A stretch of 64,000 nt of DNA. Source: Phycisphaerae bacterium. Its GTDB lineage: Bacteria > Planctomycetota > Phycisphaerae > Sedimentisphaerales > UBA12454. The notes below the pieces were generated by a model, which was given only the letters and a program-made list of their open reading frames with translations, was not told where the DNA came from and searched no databases. Within the stretch, counting starts at the first letter, position 1; every line of letters begins with the position of its first letter. Positions 54,468 to 64,000 of this stretch are shown piece by piece. Made by a program: the position numbers and the translations under genes. The stretch is taken from assembly GCA_041478555.1 (NCBI GenBank), contig JBGOWI010000009.1, positions 3,875 to 67,874 of the forward strand. Direction: 5' to 3'.

Positions 54468-55316
54468 ATGTGGGACTATAATCCGAAAGTTATGGAGTAT
54501 TTCCTTCATCCGAAAAATGCCGGCGAGATAGAAAACCCCGACGGTGTCGGCGAGGAAGGTTCTCTTGCCTGTGGCGACGCACTGAAGCTGACGTTCAAAC
54601 TTGACAAAAACGGCAGGATAGCAGATGCGAAATTTAAGACCTTCGGCTGCGCAAGTGCAATTGCCTCAGCTTCGATAATGACTGAAATGATAAAAGGTCT
54701 GACAATCGAAGAAGCCGAAAAGATTACAAATAAGGACATAGTCGACAAGCTCGGCGGACTGCCGGAACAGAAAATGCACTGCTCGGTTATGGGTATGGAG
54801 GCCCTGCAGACCGCGATTGCGAACTACCGCAGCGGCAGGGGAAAAACTCAGAAAAAAATCGAGGGCAAAATCGTCTGCACCTGTTTCGGCGTAACTGACA
54901 GGGAAATTGAAAAGGTAATTATTGAAAATGACCTTGATACGGTCGAGCAGGTTACAAATTACTGCAAGGCCGGCGGCGGCTGCGGCTCCTGCCGCGGCGA
55001 AATTGAACGAATAATCGAAAAAATTCGCGGCAAAAAGGCCGGCAAAGACGAAACCGCGGCTAAACCGAAAAAACTTACCAACCTGCAGAAGATTCAGCTT
55101 ATTCAGCGGACGATAAGCGAACAGATTCGGCCGCTGCTCAAGGCTGATGGCGGCGATATCGACCTTATTGACGTCGAAGGCAGCAAGGTTATTGTTGCCT
55201 TTCGCGGTATGTGTTCAAAGTGCCCTACGGCCGAATTTACCCTGAAAGATGTTGTCGAAGCGAGACTGAAGGAATTTGTCAGCAGCGATATCGTGGTTGA
55301 AGAGCAGAGTGGGTAA
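54468..55316 (+). CDS. nifU: Fe-S cluster assembly scaffold NifU (IscU-like N-domain, BFD-like 2Fe-2S domain, NifU C-domain)
   Basis: HPKNAGEIENPDGVGEEGSLACGDALKL, FGCASAIASAS, central CTCFGV...CGSCRG, C-terminal CSKCP. Confidence 0.92.
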   Translation: MWDYNPKVMEYFLHPKNAGEIENPDGVGEEGSLACGDALKLTFKLDKNGRIADAKFKTFGCASAIASASIMTEMIKGLTIEEAEKITNKDIVDKLGGLPEQKMHCSVMGMEALQTAIANYRSGRGKTQKKIEGKIVCTCFGVTDREIEKVIIENDLDTVEQVTNYCKAGGGCGSCRGEIERIIEKIRGKKAGKDETAAKPKKLTNLQKIQLIQRTISEQIRPLLKADGGDIDLIDVEGSKVIVAFRGMCSKCPTAEFTLKDVVEARLKEFVSSDIVVEEQSG

Positions 55317-55330
55317 CAGAGGATAAACAA

Positions 55331-56488
55331 ATGACGAAAACAATATATTTCGATAATAACGCTACGACAAGAATTGCCAATGAAGTTTTTGAAGCGATGA
55401 AACCGTTTCTGACTGACCTTTACGGCAACCCTTCAAGTATGCACACATTTGGCGGCCAGGTCGAAAAATATATCAGACACAGCAGAGAGCAAATCGCTCG
55501 GTTGCTCGGCTGCGACAGCTCGGAAATAATTTTCACCAGTGGCGGAACTGAAAGTGACAATGCTGCAATAAAGGGTGTGCTTACCGCTCTGCCGGAAAAG
55601 AGGAAGATTATTACCACGCGGGTCGAACATCCTGCAGTTCTTGCAACCTGCAGAGAAATGCAGGCGGCAGGCTATAAACTTATTGAGCTTGGCGTCGATA
55701 GAGAAGGGCAAATTAGCCTTGACGAGCTTGAAGCTGAAGTTGATGACGATACCGCGATTGTTACTATAATGTATGCCAATAACGAAACCGGCGTGATTTT
55801 TCCGATTGAAAAAATCGCTGAAATTGTCAAGGCCAAAGGCGCTGTCTTTCATACCGATGCCGTTCAGGCGGTCGGCAAAATCCCGTTGAATCTTGATAAA
55901 AGCAATATTGATTTATTAAGTCTAAGTGGCCACAAACTCCACGCCCCCAAAGGCATTGGCGCTCTTTACATAAAAAAGGGTACGAGGATTTCGCCTTTTA
56001 TTGTCGGCGGCCATCAGGAAAAGAACAGACGGGCCGGCACGGAGAACGTTGCCGGCATAGTCGCGCTCGGCAAGGCGACTGAGCTTGCAGAAAGAACGAT
56101 GGAGCAGGAGAATACGAAGGTTAAAAAACTTCGCGACAAGCTCGAAAACGCGATTCTGAAAACCTGTAAGGGAGCGACGCTCAACGGCGATAAGAACAAT
56201 CGTCTGCCGAACACCTGCAATATCAGTTTTGAGTATATCGAAGGCGAAGCAATTTTGCTTTTGCTCGACCAGTTCGGAATCTGTGCCAGCAGCGGTTCTG
56301 CCTGCACCAGCGGCTCGCTTGAGCCGAGCCACGTCCTGCGTGCGATGGGCGTGCCTTTTACCGCGGCTCACGGCTCGATAAGGTTCAGCCTGAGCAGATA
56401 CAATACAGAAGAGGAAGTGGATTTTGTGATTGAAAAAATGCCTGCGGTAGTCAATCGTTTAAGAGAACTCAGTCCGTTTGTAAAGTAG
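55331..56488 (+). CDS. nifS: Cysteine desulfurase
   Basis: SGGTESDN, SLSGHKLHAPKGIGALY (PLP lysine), and the active-site loop SSGSACTSG. Confidence 0.93.
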   Translation: MTKTIYFDNNATTRIANEVFEAMKPFLTDLYGNPSSMHTFGGQVEKYIRHSREQIARLLGCDSSEIIFTSGGTESDNAAIKGVLTALPEKRKIITTRVEHPAVLATCREMQAAGYKLIELGVDREGQISLDELEAEVDDDTAIVTIMYANNETGVIFPIEKIAEIVKAKGAVFHTDAVQAVGKIPLNLDKSNIDLLSLSGHKLHAPKGIGALYIKKGTRISPFIVGGHQEKNRRAGTENVAGIVALGKATELAERTMEQENTKVKKLRDKLENAILKTCKGATLNGDKNNRLPNTCNISFEYIEGEAILLLLDQFGICASSGSACTSGSLEPSHVLRAMGVPFTAAHGSIRFSLSRYNTEEEVDFVIEKMPAVVNRLRELSPFVK

Positions 56489-56513
56489 AGTATAATAATT
56501 CAGAGGACGCTAA

Positions 56514-57899
56514 ATGAAATTCGTCTCCATAATTATCATTATAATATCGGTGTTTTTTATTACAGGTAGTTTAAGTTGTTTGCAGGCCGCAGAAAAAACT
56601 GATGGCAGGCAGTATGAAATTGTCTCGCATACCTTGTCAAACGGGCTGAAAGTTTTAATCCTGGAAAAACACACGATGCCCGTCGTAGCTGTTCAGGTAT
56701 GGTATAACGTTGGAAGCGTTGATGAGCCGAACGGCCTTAAAGGCATAGCTCATCTTTTTGAGCATATGATGTTTAGGGGCTCTAAAAATTTCGGACCCGA
56801 GGAGCATTCCCGCCTGATTAGAGCAGCAGGGGGGGAATGTAACGGCGGTACGTCGGATGAAACCACCGTTTACTGGGAGAGGGTTCCTGTCGACAAACTT
56901 GGAATGGTTTTAAAGCTGGAAGCAGACCGGATGGCCTGGCTTAAACTGGACCAGAGCATTCTCGATACCGAATGTCAGGTTGTAATGGAAGAATATCGGC
57001 TGAGGGTAGATAACAACCCGATTGGTTCTATGGATAAAAAAGTAAGACAGTTTTTGTTTCCGGGGCATCCTTATGAATTCGGGCCTATGGGCAAAATGGA
57101 AGATATTGCAAAGTTCAGCGTTGAGGATTGCCAGAAGTTTTTTAGCACTTTCTATGCGCCGAATAATGCGGTACTGATTATTGTCGGCGATGTCCAGGCT
57201 GGACAGGTTATTAAGATGGTCGAGGCCGAATTCGGCTTTATGAAGTCCGCCAAAGTTCCTGACCGGCCCGAATTAGTCCTTCAAACAGATAAGGTCTCTG
57301 CGAGGAATAGTGCCCAGACCGAGCTGCCGATTCCTGTTACGATTCTTGCATTTTATACTGCTGGCGCACGTGATAAAGACATGGCCGCCCTTGAGCTGCT
57401 GTTCAATTGCTTGGCCGAGGGCAGAAGTTCACGTTTATGGAAAGTGCTGGTTAAGGACAGGAAAATTGCAGAACGATTTGTTGCCGATAGGATACAGGAA
57501 CGCAATAATGGGCTTATCTTTTTTGCGGCGGCGCATCTGCCTTATCTGTCCGGCAAAGTTGAGAAAAGTATTTTGCAGCAGCTTGAAAAAATCAAGACCG
57601 GCGGACTGGAGGAAAATGAATTTATAAAGGCCAGGACTCAATTGCATTCAAAAAAAGTATTTGAAAGGTATTATGCGGATGAACTTGCCTCAAGCATTGG
57701 TTACTCAGAGGTAGTCAGAGGCGATTATAAGTTTTTTTATAAGATTGACGAAGAAATTGAAAGCGTGACGCAGGCCGATATTATTCGTGTCGCCAACAGA
57801 TATTTTAATAAAGACAATATGAAAGTAGTTTATTTTGAGCCTAAGGAAAAGAAGTTTCTTGCCGGCCTTGCAGGGTTTATTAAGTCGATTTTTAATTAG
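56514..57899 (+). CDS. M16 family zinc peptidase (catalytic subunit-like), secreted
   Basis: Signal-like N-terminus. Inverted zinc motif HLFEHMMFRGS (HxxEH). Confidence 0.88.
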   Translation: MKFVSIIIIIISVFFITGSLSCLQAAEKTDGRQYEIVSHTLSNGLKVLILEKHTMPVVAVQVWYNVGSVDEPNGLKGIAHLFEHMMFRGSKNFGPEEHSRLIRAAGGECNGGTSDETTVYWERVPVDKLGMVLKLEADRMAWLKLDQSILDTECQVVMEEYRLRVDNNPIGSMDKKVRQFLFPGHPYEFGPMGKMEDIAKFSVEDCQKFFSTFYAPNNAVLIIVGDVQAGQVIKMVEAEFGFMKSAKVPDRPELVLQTDKVSARNSAQTELPIPVTILAFYTAGARDKDMAALELLFNCLAEGRSSRLWKVLVKDRKIAERFVADRIQERNNGLIFFAAAHLPYLSGKVEKSILQQLEKIKTGGLEENEFIKARTQLHSKKVFERYYADELASSIGYSEVVRGDYKFFYKIDEEIESVTQADIIRVANRYFNKDNMKVVYFEPKEKKFLAGLAGFIKSIFN

Positions 57900-57907
57900 G
57901 GTGATTT

Positions 57908-59305
57908 GTGGATTATATTAAATACGGTTTTCTGGTAGTTTCACTGCTCGTTGCAGGATATGCTGGTGCTGAGTCTGCAAAAGAGCTGATAAATTATCCC
58001 CCGGTAAATGATATTACGCTGGCAAATGGCCTGCGGCTAATGCTGATAGAACATCATGAACAGCCCACAGTTTCTTACAGGGTTGTGGTCAAATCGGGAA
58101 GGATTGATGGGCCGCTCGGCAAAGAGGGCCTGGCGGATTTGACGGCCCGGCTCTTGCAGGAAGGTACCTTGTCAAAGACCTCCGACCAGATTGCTGACAA
58201 AATTGCCGAGATTGGCGGCAAATTAAATATATCTTCGCAGTCAAACTACACTACTTTTGGTTTGGATGTGCTTAGTCAGTATTCCAGCGCCGGCTTTGAC
58301 ATTTTGGCGGATATTATATTGAATCCGGCTTTCCCGTCGCAGGGAATTAAGCGGGTTAAAAAAGAACTTGTCAGCGATGTGGATTTGGAACTTACCGATA
58401 ATTATAAAATCGCGTCTAATCACAGCCGGCTTTTGCTGTTTGGTGCTGAGCATCCTTTAGGACGTGCGAACACAAAAAAGAGCCTGGAGGGAATCAACCT
58501 CAGCGATATTCGGGATTTTTATCAAATGTATTTTTGTCCGAACAATTCTATGGTGCTTGTTATCGGAGATTTTTCAAAAGAGCGGATGCTGGCTCAGGTA
58601 ACAGAAAAATTCGGCTCCTGGAAACAGGCAAAAGTTAAACAGCGGGTGCAAACCAGGCCGGACTTTGCGAAAAAAGGAAAATTCAGGGTTGTAGATAAGC
58701 CGGATATGACGCAGGCCGTAATTTATTTGAATCAATGGGCCATTAGCAGCAGGTCTAAGGATTATTATGAATATCTGCTTGCCAATTATGTTCTGGGCGG
58801 CAGCGGTTCCTCATCAAGGCTGGTGAAGGCCGTAAGAGCCGAAGGAGGCAAGACTTATGGAATTGGAAGCCGTTACGATATGAATTTTGACTATGGAATT
58901 TTGGGCATAAGCACCTCGACACGTAATCAGGAAATGCTTAATACTTATCAGTTGATACAGACCGAACTAAAAAAACTTGTTGATAAAGGGATAACCGAAG
59001 AGGAATTGGTTAAAGCCAAGACTTATATGGCCGGTGCAATTCCGATGCAATTGGAAACCCCCGCTTCGGTAGCAGATAAAATACTCAAAGCAGTTATGAG
59101 GGGATTTACTATTGATGATTTGTCAAAAGAGGTAATTTATTATAATAACGTTACGGCGGACAATGTTAATCATGTTATTAAAGAATATATAAAGCCTGAA
59201 AATCTGAATGTTGTTATTGTCGGGGACGTAAGGAAAATTGAAAAACAGTTGACTCAAATCGGTGTTTACGAAAAGGTTTATTATAAGGACCCTCTGGTTA
59301 AATAG
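57908..59305 (+). CDS. M16 family peptidase, non-catalytic partner (HxxEH absent)
   Basis: It has the same fold pattern as the upstream gene, but the equivalent position reads GLADLTARLLQEGT. Signal-like N-terminus. GTG start. Confidence 0.85.
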   Translation: MDYIKYGFLVVSLLVAGYAGAESAKELINYPPVNDITLANGLRLMLIEHHEQPTVSYRVVVKSGRIDGPLGKEGLADLTARLLQEGTLSKTSDQIADKIAEIGGKLNISSQSNYTTFGLDVLSQYSSAGFDILADIILNPAFPSQGIKRVKKELVSDVDLELTDNYKIASNHSRLLLFGAEHPLGRANTKKSLEGINLSDIRDFYQMYFCPNNSMVLVIGDFSKERMLAQVTEKFGSWKQAKVKQRVQTRPDFAKKGKFRVVDKPDMTQAVIYLNQWAISSRSKDYYEYLLANYVLGGSGSSSRLVKAVRAEGGKTYGIGSRYDMNFDYGILGISTSTRNQEMLNTYQLIQTELKKLVDKGITEEELVKAKTYMAGAIPMQLETPASVADKILKAVMRGFTIDDLSKEVIYYNNVTADNVNHVIKEYIKPENLNVVIVGDVRKIEKQLTQIGVYEKVYYKDPLVK

Positions 59306-59327
59306 CCGTTATTATGACAATTCTTTT

Positions 59328-60149
59328 ATGAAATCAGGTATAACAATTTCTCTTGTCAAATCTTTAAAGGGACCTTGGGTCTTTCAGGATGACCTTTCGG
59401 TGAGCATTCCGAAAGCGAAAAAAATCGGCTTTGACGGCGTTGAGCTTTTTATAGCTTCTGCGGATGATATTAACGGCAAATTTTTACAACAGCTTCTCGA
59501 AGATAATCAGATAAACCTTTCGGCAGTCGCAACAGGTGCTGGAAAAATACTGCATAACCTTACTTTGACAAGCCCTGATAGGACTGTTCGCGTAAAGGCG
59601 ATTGATTTTGTGAAAAAAATAATTGATTTCGCAGCACCTTTCAAGGCTCCTTCGATAATAGGTTCAATGCAGGGTAATGTCGGCAATGGCAGCAGAGATA
59701 CCGCTTTGTCAAGGCTTGCTGAAAGTCTGAATGAACTTGGCGGATATTGCAGGCAGAGAAATATTGAGCTTCTTTTTGAACCTTTGAATCGCGATGAAAC
59801 TGATATGGCGAATACACTTGCGGACGGCATTGAGATTATAGAAAAAGCCGGCACAGGCAATATAAAGCTTCTTGCCGATTTTTTTCATATGGATATTGAG
59901 GAGACAGACATTGCCGAAAGCATAAAACAGGCCGGCAGATTTATCGGCTATGTCCATTTTGTTGACAGCGACCGCAAACCGGCAGGAATGGGGCATATTG
60001 ATTTAAAATCTGCTGTCGATGCTCTCAAGTATATCAGCTATAAAGGTTATCTTTCTGCTGAGGCCCTGCCCTGGCCTGATTCACGAAGCGCCGCCGAGCA
60101 GACGATTAAAAGTTTCAAACTTTTATGTATGCAGTCGGATTGCGATTAA
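59328..60149 (+). CDS. Sugar phosphate isomerase/epimerase (xylose isomerase-like TIM barrel)
   Basis: GFDGVELF...LLFEPLNRDET...HFVDSDRKPAGMGHID pattern. The likely start is ATG 59328. The stop overlaps the convergent GH31-like stop by 4 nt. Confidence 0.8.
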   Translation: MKSGITISLVKSLKGPWVFQDDLSVSIPKAKKIGFDGVELFIASADDINGKFLQQLLEDNQINLSAVATGAGKILHNLTLTSPDRTVRVKAIDFVKKIIDFAAPFKAPSIIGSMQGNVGNGSRDTALSRLAESLNELGGYCRQRNIELLFEPLNRDETDMANTLADGIEIIEKAGTGNIKLLADFFHMDIEETDIAESIKQAGRFIGYVHFVDSDRKPAGMGHIDLKSAVDALKYISYKGYLSAEALPWPDSRSAAEQTIKSFKLLCMQSDCD

Positions 60150-62245
60150 TCCGGCTGCTTTTGTGGAAATTCGAGTTTTTGGATTTTATCAATGTCAGGT
60201 TTCTGAGCAGCAATCTTGAGCGACTCATCATAAAGAGCATTAAGGTCGCCGAGGTCTATTGCACAGCCCTGGCGTATAAATATCGGTATCTTGTGAAGAG
60301 GAATATCCACAGTGATATTCTGACCGCCGGTATAGATTTTCTCTTTATCCCAGGCATCAACCCATTTTTCGCCGCCAGGCAGATATAGAGTATGTTGAGT
60401 TTTTCCTTTTTGCCAGACAGCGGATACAAGAATATCCGGCCCGTACATATATGTCTGCCAGTCGCTCCATGCCTGCTGCTGGTCGGGATAATTAAGGAAA
60501 AGCGGCCTTGCGATTGGCATACCTGTTTTTGAAGCCTGTTTTGCAAGCTCAAATGAATAGTCAGAAAGCTTTTCGTGGATTTTTGAATAAAGCCTCCAGA
60601 TAGCGATAAGCTGCATATCATAGTTTGGTTGTTCTTTAAGGTGCCACAGCCCCCGGTCCTCTGTCGGCCCTACCTCCATTATTGGGCAAAAGCAGCTGAA
60701 TGCCAGCCATCTGGCGGTAACTTCGTGGTCGGTCAGTTCGATATATCCGCCTGTATCGGAGCCCCATATCGGAAATCCGATTATAGAAGACCTTAGCAAA
60801 GCTATGATTGCAGCTCTAAGTGCTTCCGGTCTGACTTTTTCGTTTCCGCCGATATCGCCGATATCGCCGCCCCAGAACACGGCGTAACGCGAGCTGTTTG
60901 TATAACCCGCTCGAGGCATTAGAACGAAGTCATCGCCGCGAATCTTTTTACAGATATCATAAGCAGCCTTTGCATACATAACCGGGTATTGATTGTGATA
61001 TTCTCGCCAGACTCTTGTGTCAAAGGCCTTATTCTCATAATCATTCGGCACAATCTCTTCAGAGCGGTCCATCTTGAATCCGCAAACCCCCTGATTAAGA
61101 ACTTTTGCAATGCCTTTATTTTGCCACCATTCCACAGCCGCCGGATTCGTAAAATCGATAAGGACGCGAAAAAGTTTGTCCGGTGATTCGAGTTGTCCTT
61201 TAACGTTATAACCATTTTCAACAGCCTCCTTTGCCATATCTCCCATAACCCAGGGAGCAATCCATAAAAAGAAGCGGATATTTTTATTGTTCACCCAGCT
61301 AATCATTTGCGTCGCGTTTGGAAACCGATTCGGGTCCCATTCGAAATCATCGTATCCGTTTGGCCCGATAGCCCAGGGCCTGTCGACCCAGTAGATGCTC
61401 AGCGGAATATCAAAAGCCTTCATCATAAGTATATCCTCTACCAGTTCGCTGTTATAAGGAGCGGTAACGACAGTGCCGTCATAGTAATTTTTTCTGTTGG
61501 TATGATTATTTCTCCATCTCCACGGGCCAAAGGCGTATTTTGGCGGGACTATCGTAGGCCCTACATTTAGCGAGTGTGCTTTTACCAGTTCAGCAGGCCC
61601 GTTAGCGGTATTAAGAATCATCGAAACAGTCGGCCCTTCAAAAGTAATCTTAACAAGGTTAGGCTCTGATTTGCAGAAATCATAAGAGCCGGGCCATGTC
61701 CCCTCGACAAAGAGACTGTAATTTCGTGATGATATATAAAATGGGCAGTAAAGGGAAACACTTGGTTTAACAATCATTGTGACAGTCTGACCTCGCAGGT
61801 TCATAGCGTTTTTTTGCCCCGGCTCCCAGGAAAGTTTCTGTTCGCCGTCGACGGTGCGTTCCATAAGGCCGGTAAAATATTCATCGCCGCTGGCTCCCAG
61901 TGAAAAACCCCATTGGAGTATATCATTACAGTCGGCTGCCTTGAAATCGATATGGTATGAATCTTTATCTTTGATGAAACTAACCGTTACTTTTTTTTCT
62001 CCATCGAATGACCAGACTGCGCTGAAATTGTTCTCGGAGATGGATATATTCAATGGCGCATCTTTCAGATAGAATTTTCCCTGACGAGTTTCCAGGAATA
62101 TTGGTGATTTTTCAGAGCCTATCGACAGAGGTTGTTTTAAATGTGATGAGGTTACAATAAACGAGCAGTTTTTATATACGACATTTCCGGACAGAATACT
62201 TGTAAAAAGTATGATTATACTGAGAAAAAGTATGATTCGTTTCAT
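60146..62245 (-). CDS. Glycoside hydrolase, GH31-like, secreted
   Basis: Signal peptide MKRIILFLSIIILFTSILSG. The nucleophile-region-like motif GVCGFKMDRSEE (compare GFWxDMNE) and FWGGDIGD (compare WxGDN) are noted. The family assignment is moderate. Confidence 0.7.
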   Translation of the reverse strand: MKRIILFLSIIILFTSILSGNVVYKNCSFIVTSSHLKQPLSIGSEKSPIFLETRQGKFYLKDAPLNISISENNFSAVWSFDGEKKVTVSFIKDKDSYHIDFKAADCNDILQWGFSLGASGDEYFTGLMERTVDGEQKLSWEPGQKNAMNLRGQTVTMIVKPSVSLYCPFYISSRNYSLFVEGTWPGSYDFCKSEPNLVKITFEGPTVSMILNTANGPAELVKAHSLNVGPTIVPPKYAFGPWRWRNNHTNRKNYYDGTVVTAPYNSELVEDILMMKAFDIPLSIYWVDRPWAIGPNGYDDFEWDPNRFPNATQMISWVNNKNIRFFLWIAPWVMGDMAKEAVENGYNVKGQLESPDKLFRVLIDFTNPAAVEWWQNKGIAKVLNQGVCGFKMDRSEEIVPNDYENKAFDTRVWREYHNQYPVMYAKAAYDICKKIRGDDFVLMPRAGYTNSSRYAVFWGGDIGDIGGNEKVRPEALRAAIIALLRSSIIGFPIWGSDTGGYIELTDHEVTARWLAFSCFCPIMEVGPTEDRGLWHLKEQPNYDMQLIAIWRLYSKIHEKLSDYSFELAKQASKTGMPIARPLFLNYPDQQQAWSDWQTYMYGPDILVSAVWQKGKTQHTLYLPGGEKWVDAWDKEKIYTGGQNITVDIPLHKIPIFIRQGCAIDLGDLNALYDESLKIAAQKPDIDKIQKLEFPQKQPD

Positions 62246-62405
62246 TCTTTACTCCTTTCAAACTTGTCCGCCATAGCTTTCTTGTCCTCCATAGTTCTTA
62301 CGAAGGAGGAAGCGAAGGCGGATTGGCCATTAAGTCTTTTTAATATAGACTTGGGAATTTGTAAAGGAAAATAGGTGGGAAAGGAAGCGGAGGATTTGCT
62401 TTATG

Positions 62406-63860
62406 TTATTTCAGCCAGTTCTCCGCCATCATCGCAAAGTCATAAAAATCTACGTTGTGGTTGCCGTCGAAATCAGCCCCGTTGCAGGTTCCGCAGCCGG
62501 TATTCAGCCAGTTATCTGCCAGGCATTTCAGGTCGAGTAAATCAACATCCCCGTCGGGCTGGCAGTCGCCGTCTATATGTTCGAAGGCTCCTAAATCAGG
62601 CGCATCCCCGTAAAAAGGCTCGTTGACGTCAATCCCTGCGTCTATCAGCGCACTTGTATTGGCAAGGCGGAGAAACCTCATCTTGGGCAGTTCGCCATTC
62701 GGCCCTCGCGGCCCATCAAATCCATTAGGGTCAAGACTTGCGAAATCCGCATCGGTAACCGTAAAACCATTCCAGGAATTATAGGTATTGTCAATCAGAG
62801 TACCAATTGTTACCGAACCTAAATGCGAAAGATTATTGCGCAATACATGAATCGTACCGGCAGGGGGATTAGAGAATTTAAAATTCTTATCCTGATTACT
62901 CACGCCGGTACAATTATAAACGGTAACTCCGTTTGGTTCTGTGTCACCATGAGACCGGTTTAGGTCGAATCCGCTGAGCCGATTGTAATAAGCCATACAA
63001 CGAATTATTTTATGTGCGCCGGGGCCCTGTCCCAGTTTAATCCCCACTCCGTTTCCCTGCCAAGGACCCGGATCGCCCCAGATATTATTACCGTTGCGGA
63101 AGGCCCAGCAATTCTCAATCCTGACGCTCTTGCCTGCCCACCACAAATCGAAACCGTCATCGGAGTTGTCCCATGCCCTGCAGCCGTGAAATTCATTGCC
63201 GACGCCAAGACAGGTTGTGCAGCTGGTAGGGCCTTTCGCTCCAAAACCATCGGCATTGCTGCCATGATTTTGCGGGTCGTAATTTAAATAGGAATCGCAA
63301 TTTATCACCTGATTATAAGAAGCGCCCGTGTACAAATTAATCCCGGTATCCTGGTTCCCATACGCAATCAGTTGTTCAAAAGTATTATATGAGCCGTTAA
63401 CATACAACCCGTTATCCCCGGCATTGCGAAGGGTAAAACCCTTAAAGTGCCAGTAATTGCCTGTCAGGCTGATTCCTCTGACAGTGCCTCCTCTTGTCTG
63501 ATGTGAGAAATCCAGAATGACAGTCTCATTCTGGTAATTCTGTAATGTTATGGGGCTTACTGATGTACCGCTTTTTGAAATCGAGATTTTGTTGGCATCG
63601 GTATAAAAGCCATGTGTGCCGCCTCGCAGATAAATAGTGTCGCCCGCCGCAACCGCTGTTACTGCTCTGGGAATCGTCTTAAATGGATGGTTGATATCGC
63701 CGATATTGGTGTCATTTCCGTCTGTGGCTACAAAATAAGTGCTGCAATATGCAGGACAGGCCGCCAAAAATATGCACAAAATCAGCGCAAAAAGGAAGTG
63801 TTTCCGTCTTTGTAAAGCCGGTATCCCTACCCCAGATTTAAATGTTTTAAAAATCACCAT
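62406..63860 (-). CDS. Right-handed beta-helix (pectate-lyase-like) protein with C-terminal dockerin-like module, secreted
   Basis: Signal/lipobox-like N-terminus (LFALILCIFLAACPAYC). Beta-helix repeats with NADGFGAKG and DDGFDLW motifs. The C-terminal duplicated Ca-loop-like segments are DGDVDLLDLKCLADNWL and DFDGNHNVDFYDFAMMAENWL. Confidence 0.75.
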   Translation of the reverse strand: MVIFKTFKSGVGIPALQRRKHFLFALILCIFLAACPAYCSTYFVATDGNDTNIGDINHPFKTIPRAVTAVAAGDTIYLRGGTHGFYTDANKISISKSGTSVSPITLQNYQNETVILDFSHQTRGGTVRGISLTGNYWHFKGFTLRNAGDNGLYVNGSYNTFEQLIAYGNQDTGINLYTGASYNQVINCDSYLNYDPQNHGSNADGFGAKGPTSCTTCLGVGNEFHGCRAWDNSDDGFDLWWAGKSVRIENCWAFRNGNNIWGDPGPWQGNGVGIKLGQGPGAHKIIRCMAYYNRLSGFDLNRSHGDTEPNGVTVYNCTGVSNQDKNFKFSNPPAGTIHVLRNNLSHLGSVTIGTLIDNTYNSWNGFTVTDADFASLDPNGFDGPRGPNGELPKMRFLRLANTSALIDAGIDVNEPFYGDAPDLGAFEHIDGDCQPDGDVDLLDLKCLADNWLNTGCGTCNGADFDGNHNVDFYDFAMMAENWLK

Positions 63861-64000
63861 CCACCAGTTCCTATTATATCAAAAGCGTTTAATAATAGCA
63901 AGGCTTTTCTGGTCTTATAAAAATCACGAAAAACGGATTATTCCTTGACTTTACTTAAGATTCACAAGAAGTGTCTTTTTGAAAAAGCCCGGCTCGAGCC

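Overview
This is a chromosomal window that is almost entirely housekeeping genes on both strands. I found no rRNA, tRNA or CRISPR array by eye.

Recognisable genes and clusters:
- rny (5' fragment), and on the minus strand ilvD followed by two YkgJ-type Cys-cluster genes
- a GldA/F/G-type ABC operon followed by a DUF4340-like gene
- a HIT protein, a dGTPase-like protein, pgpA, purA-uppS-cdsA, phoH-pgpH-like-ybeY-recO, and gatCAB
- an ECF sigma/anti-sigma pair lying divergent to a compact GspE/GspF/GspF-like/three-pseudopilin module
- rpmB, rluB-like, nnrE, surE, xth
- a tightly packed sulfur/Fe-S block: Rrf2 regulator, cysK, cysE, nadA, metY, nifU, nifS, two M16 peptidases
- carbohydrate-active genes: a GH31-like enzyme and a beta-helix lyase with a dockerin-like tail

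Accessory-looking content:
- a PEP-CTERM-anchored C39-like peptidase
- a HEPN/nucleotidyltransferase pair
- an MBL-rhodanese-DUF2892 fusion
- an HNH+AP2 ORF that has no stop codon of its own
- a truncated four-helix-bundle (23S-IVS type) ORF flanked by inverted repeats

The PEP-CTERM signal, dockerin-like tail, pseudopilin-rich content and NifU/NifS suggest a PVC/Planctomycetota-like anaerobe. That is weak inference only.

The most unusual signal is not a gene cluster. It is a set of short palindromic, MITE-like repeat families.
- At least two families with distinct terminal inverted repeats (CCCGCACC.../...GGTGCGGG and CCCCACACCAATTTG.../...CAAATTGGTGTGGGG), plus one composite repeat insert, sit inside coding regions without breaking the reading frame.
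- Four copies measure about 102 bp by hand count, which is a multiple of 3: three of them in coding regions and one intergenic nested copy.
- Both tandem YkgJ genes carry a copy at the equivalent loop. A third 102-bp copy lies in a lipoprotein signal peptide, and a separate composite GC-rich repeat insert of about 66-72 bp lies in the DUF4340 gene.
- A nested composite fills the gldF-like/gldG-like junction as an 88-codon open frame that preserves stop/start overlaps at both ends.
- This resembles the in-frame Rickettsia palindromic elements.

All coordinates of repeats, starts and motifs were counted by hand and should be verified computationally.
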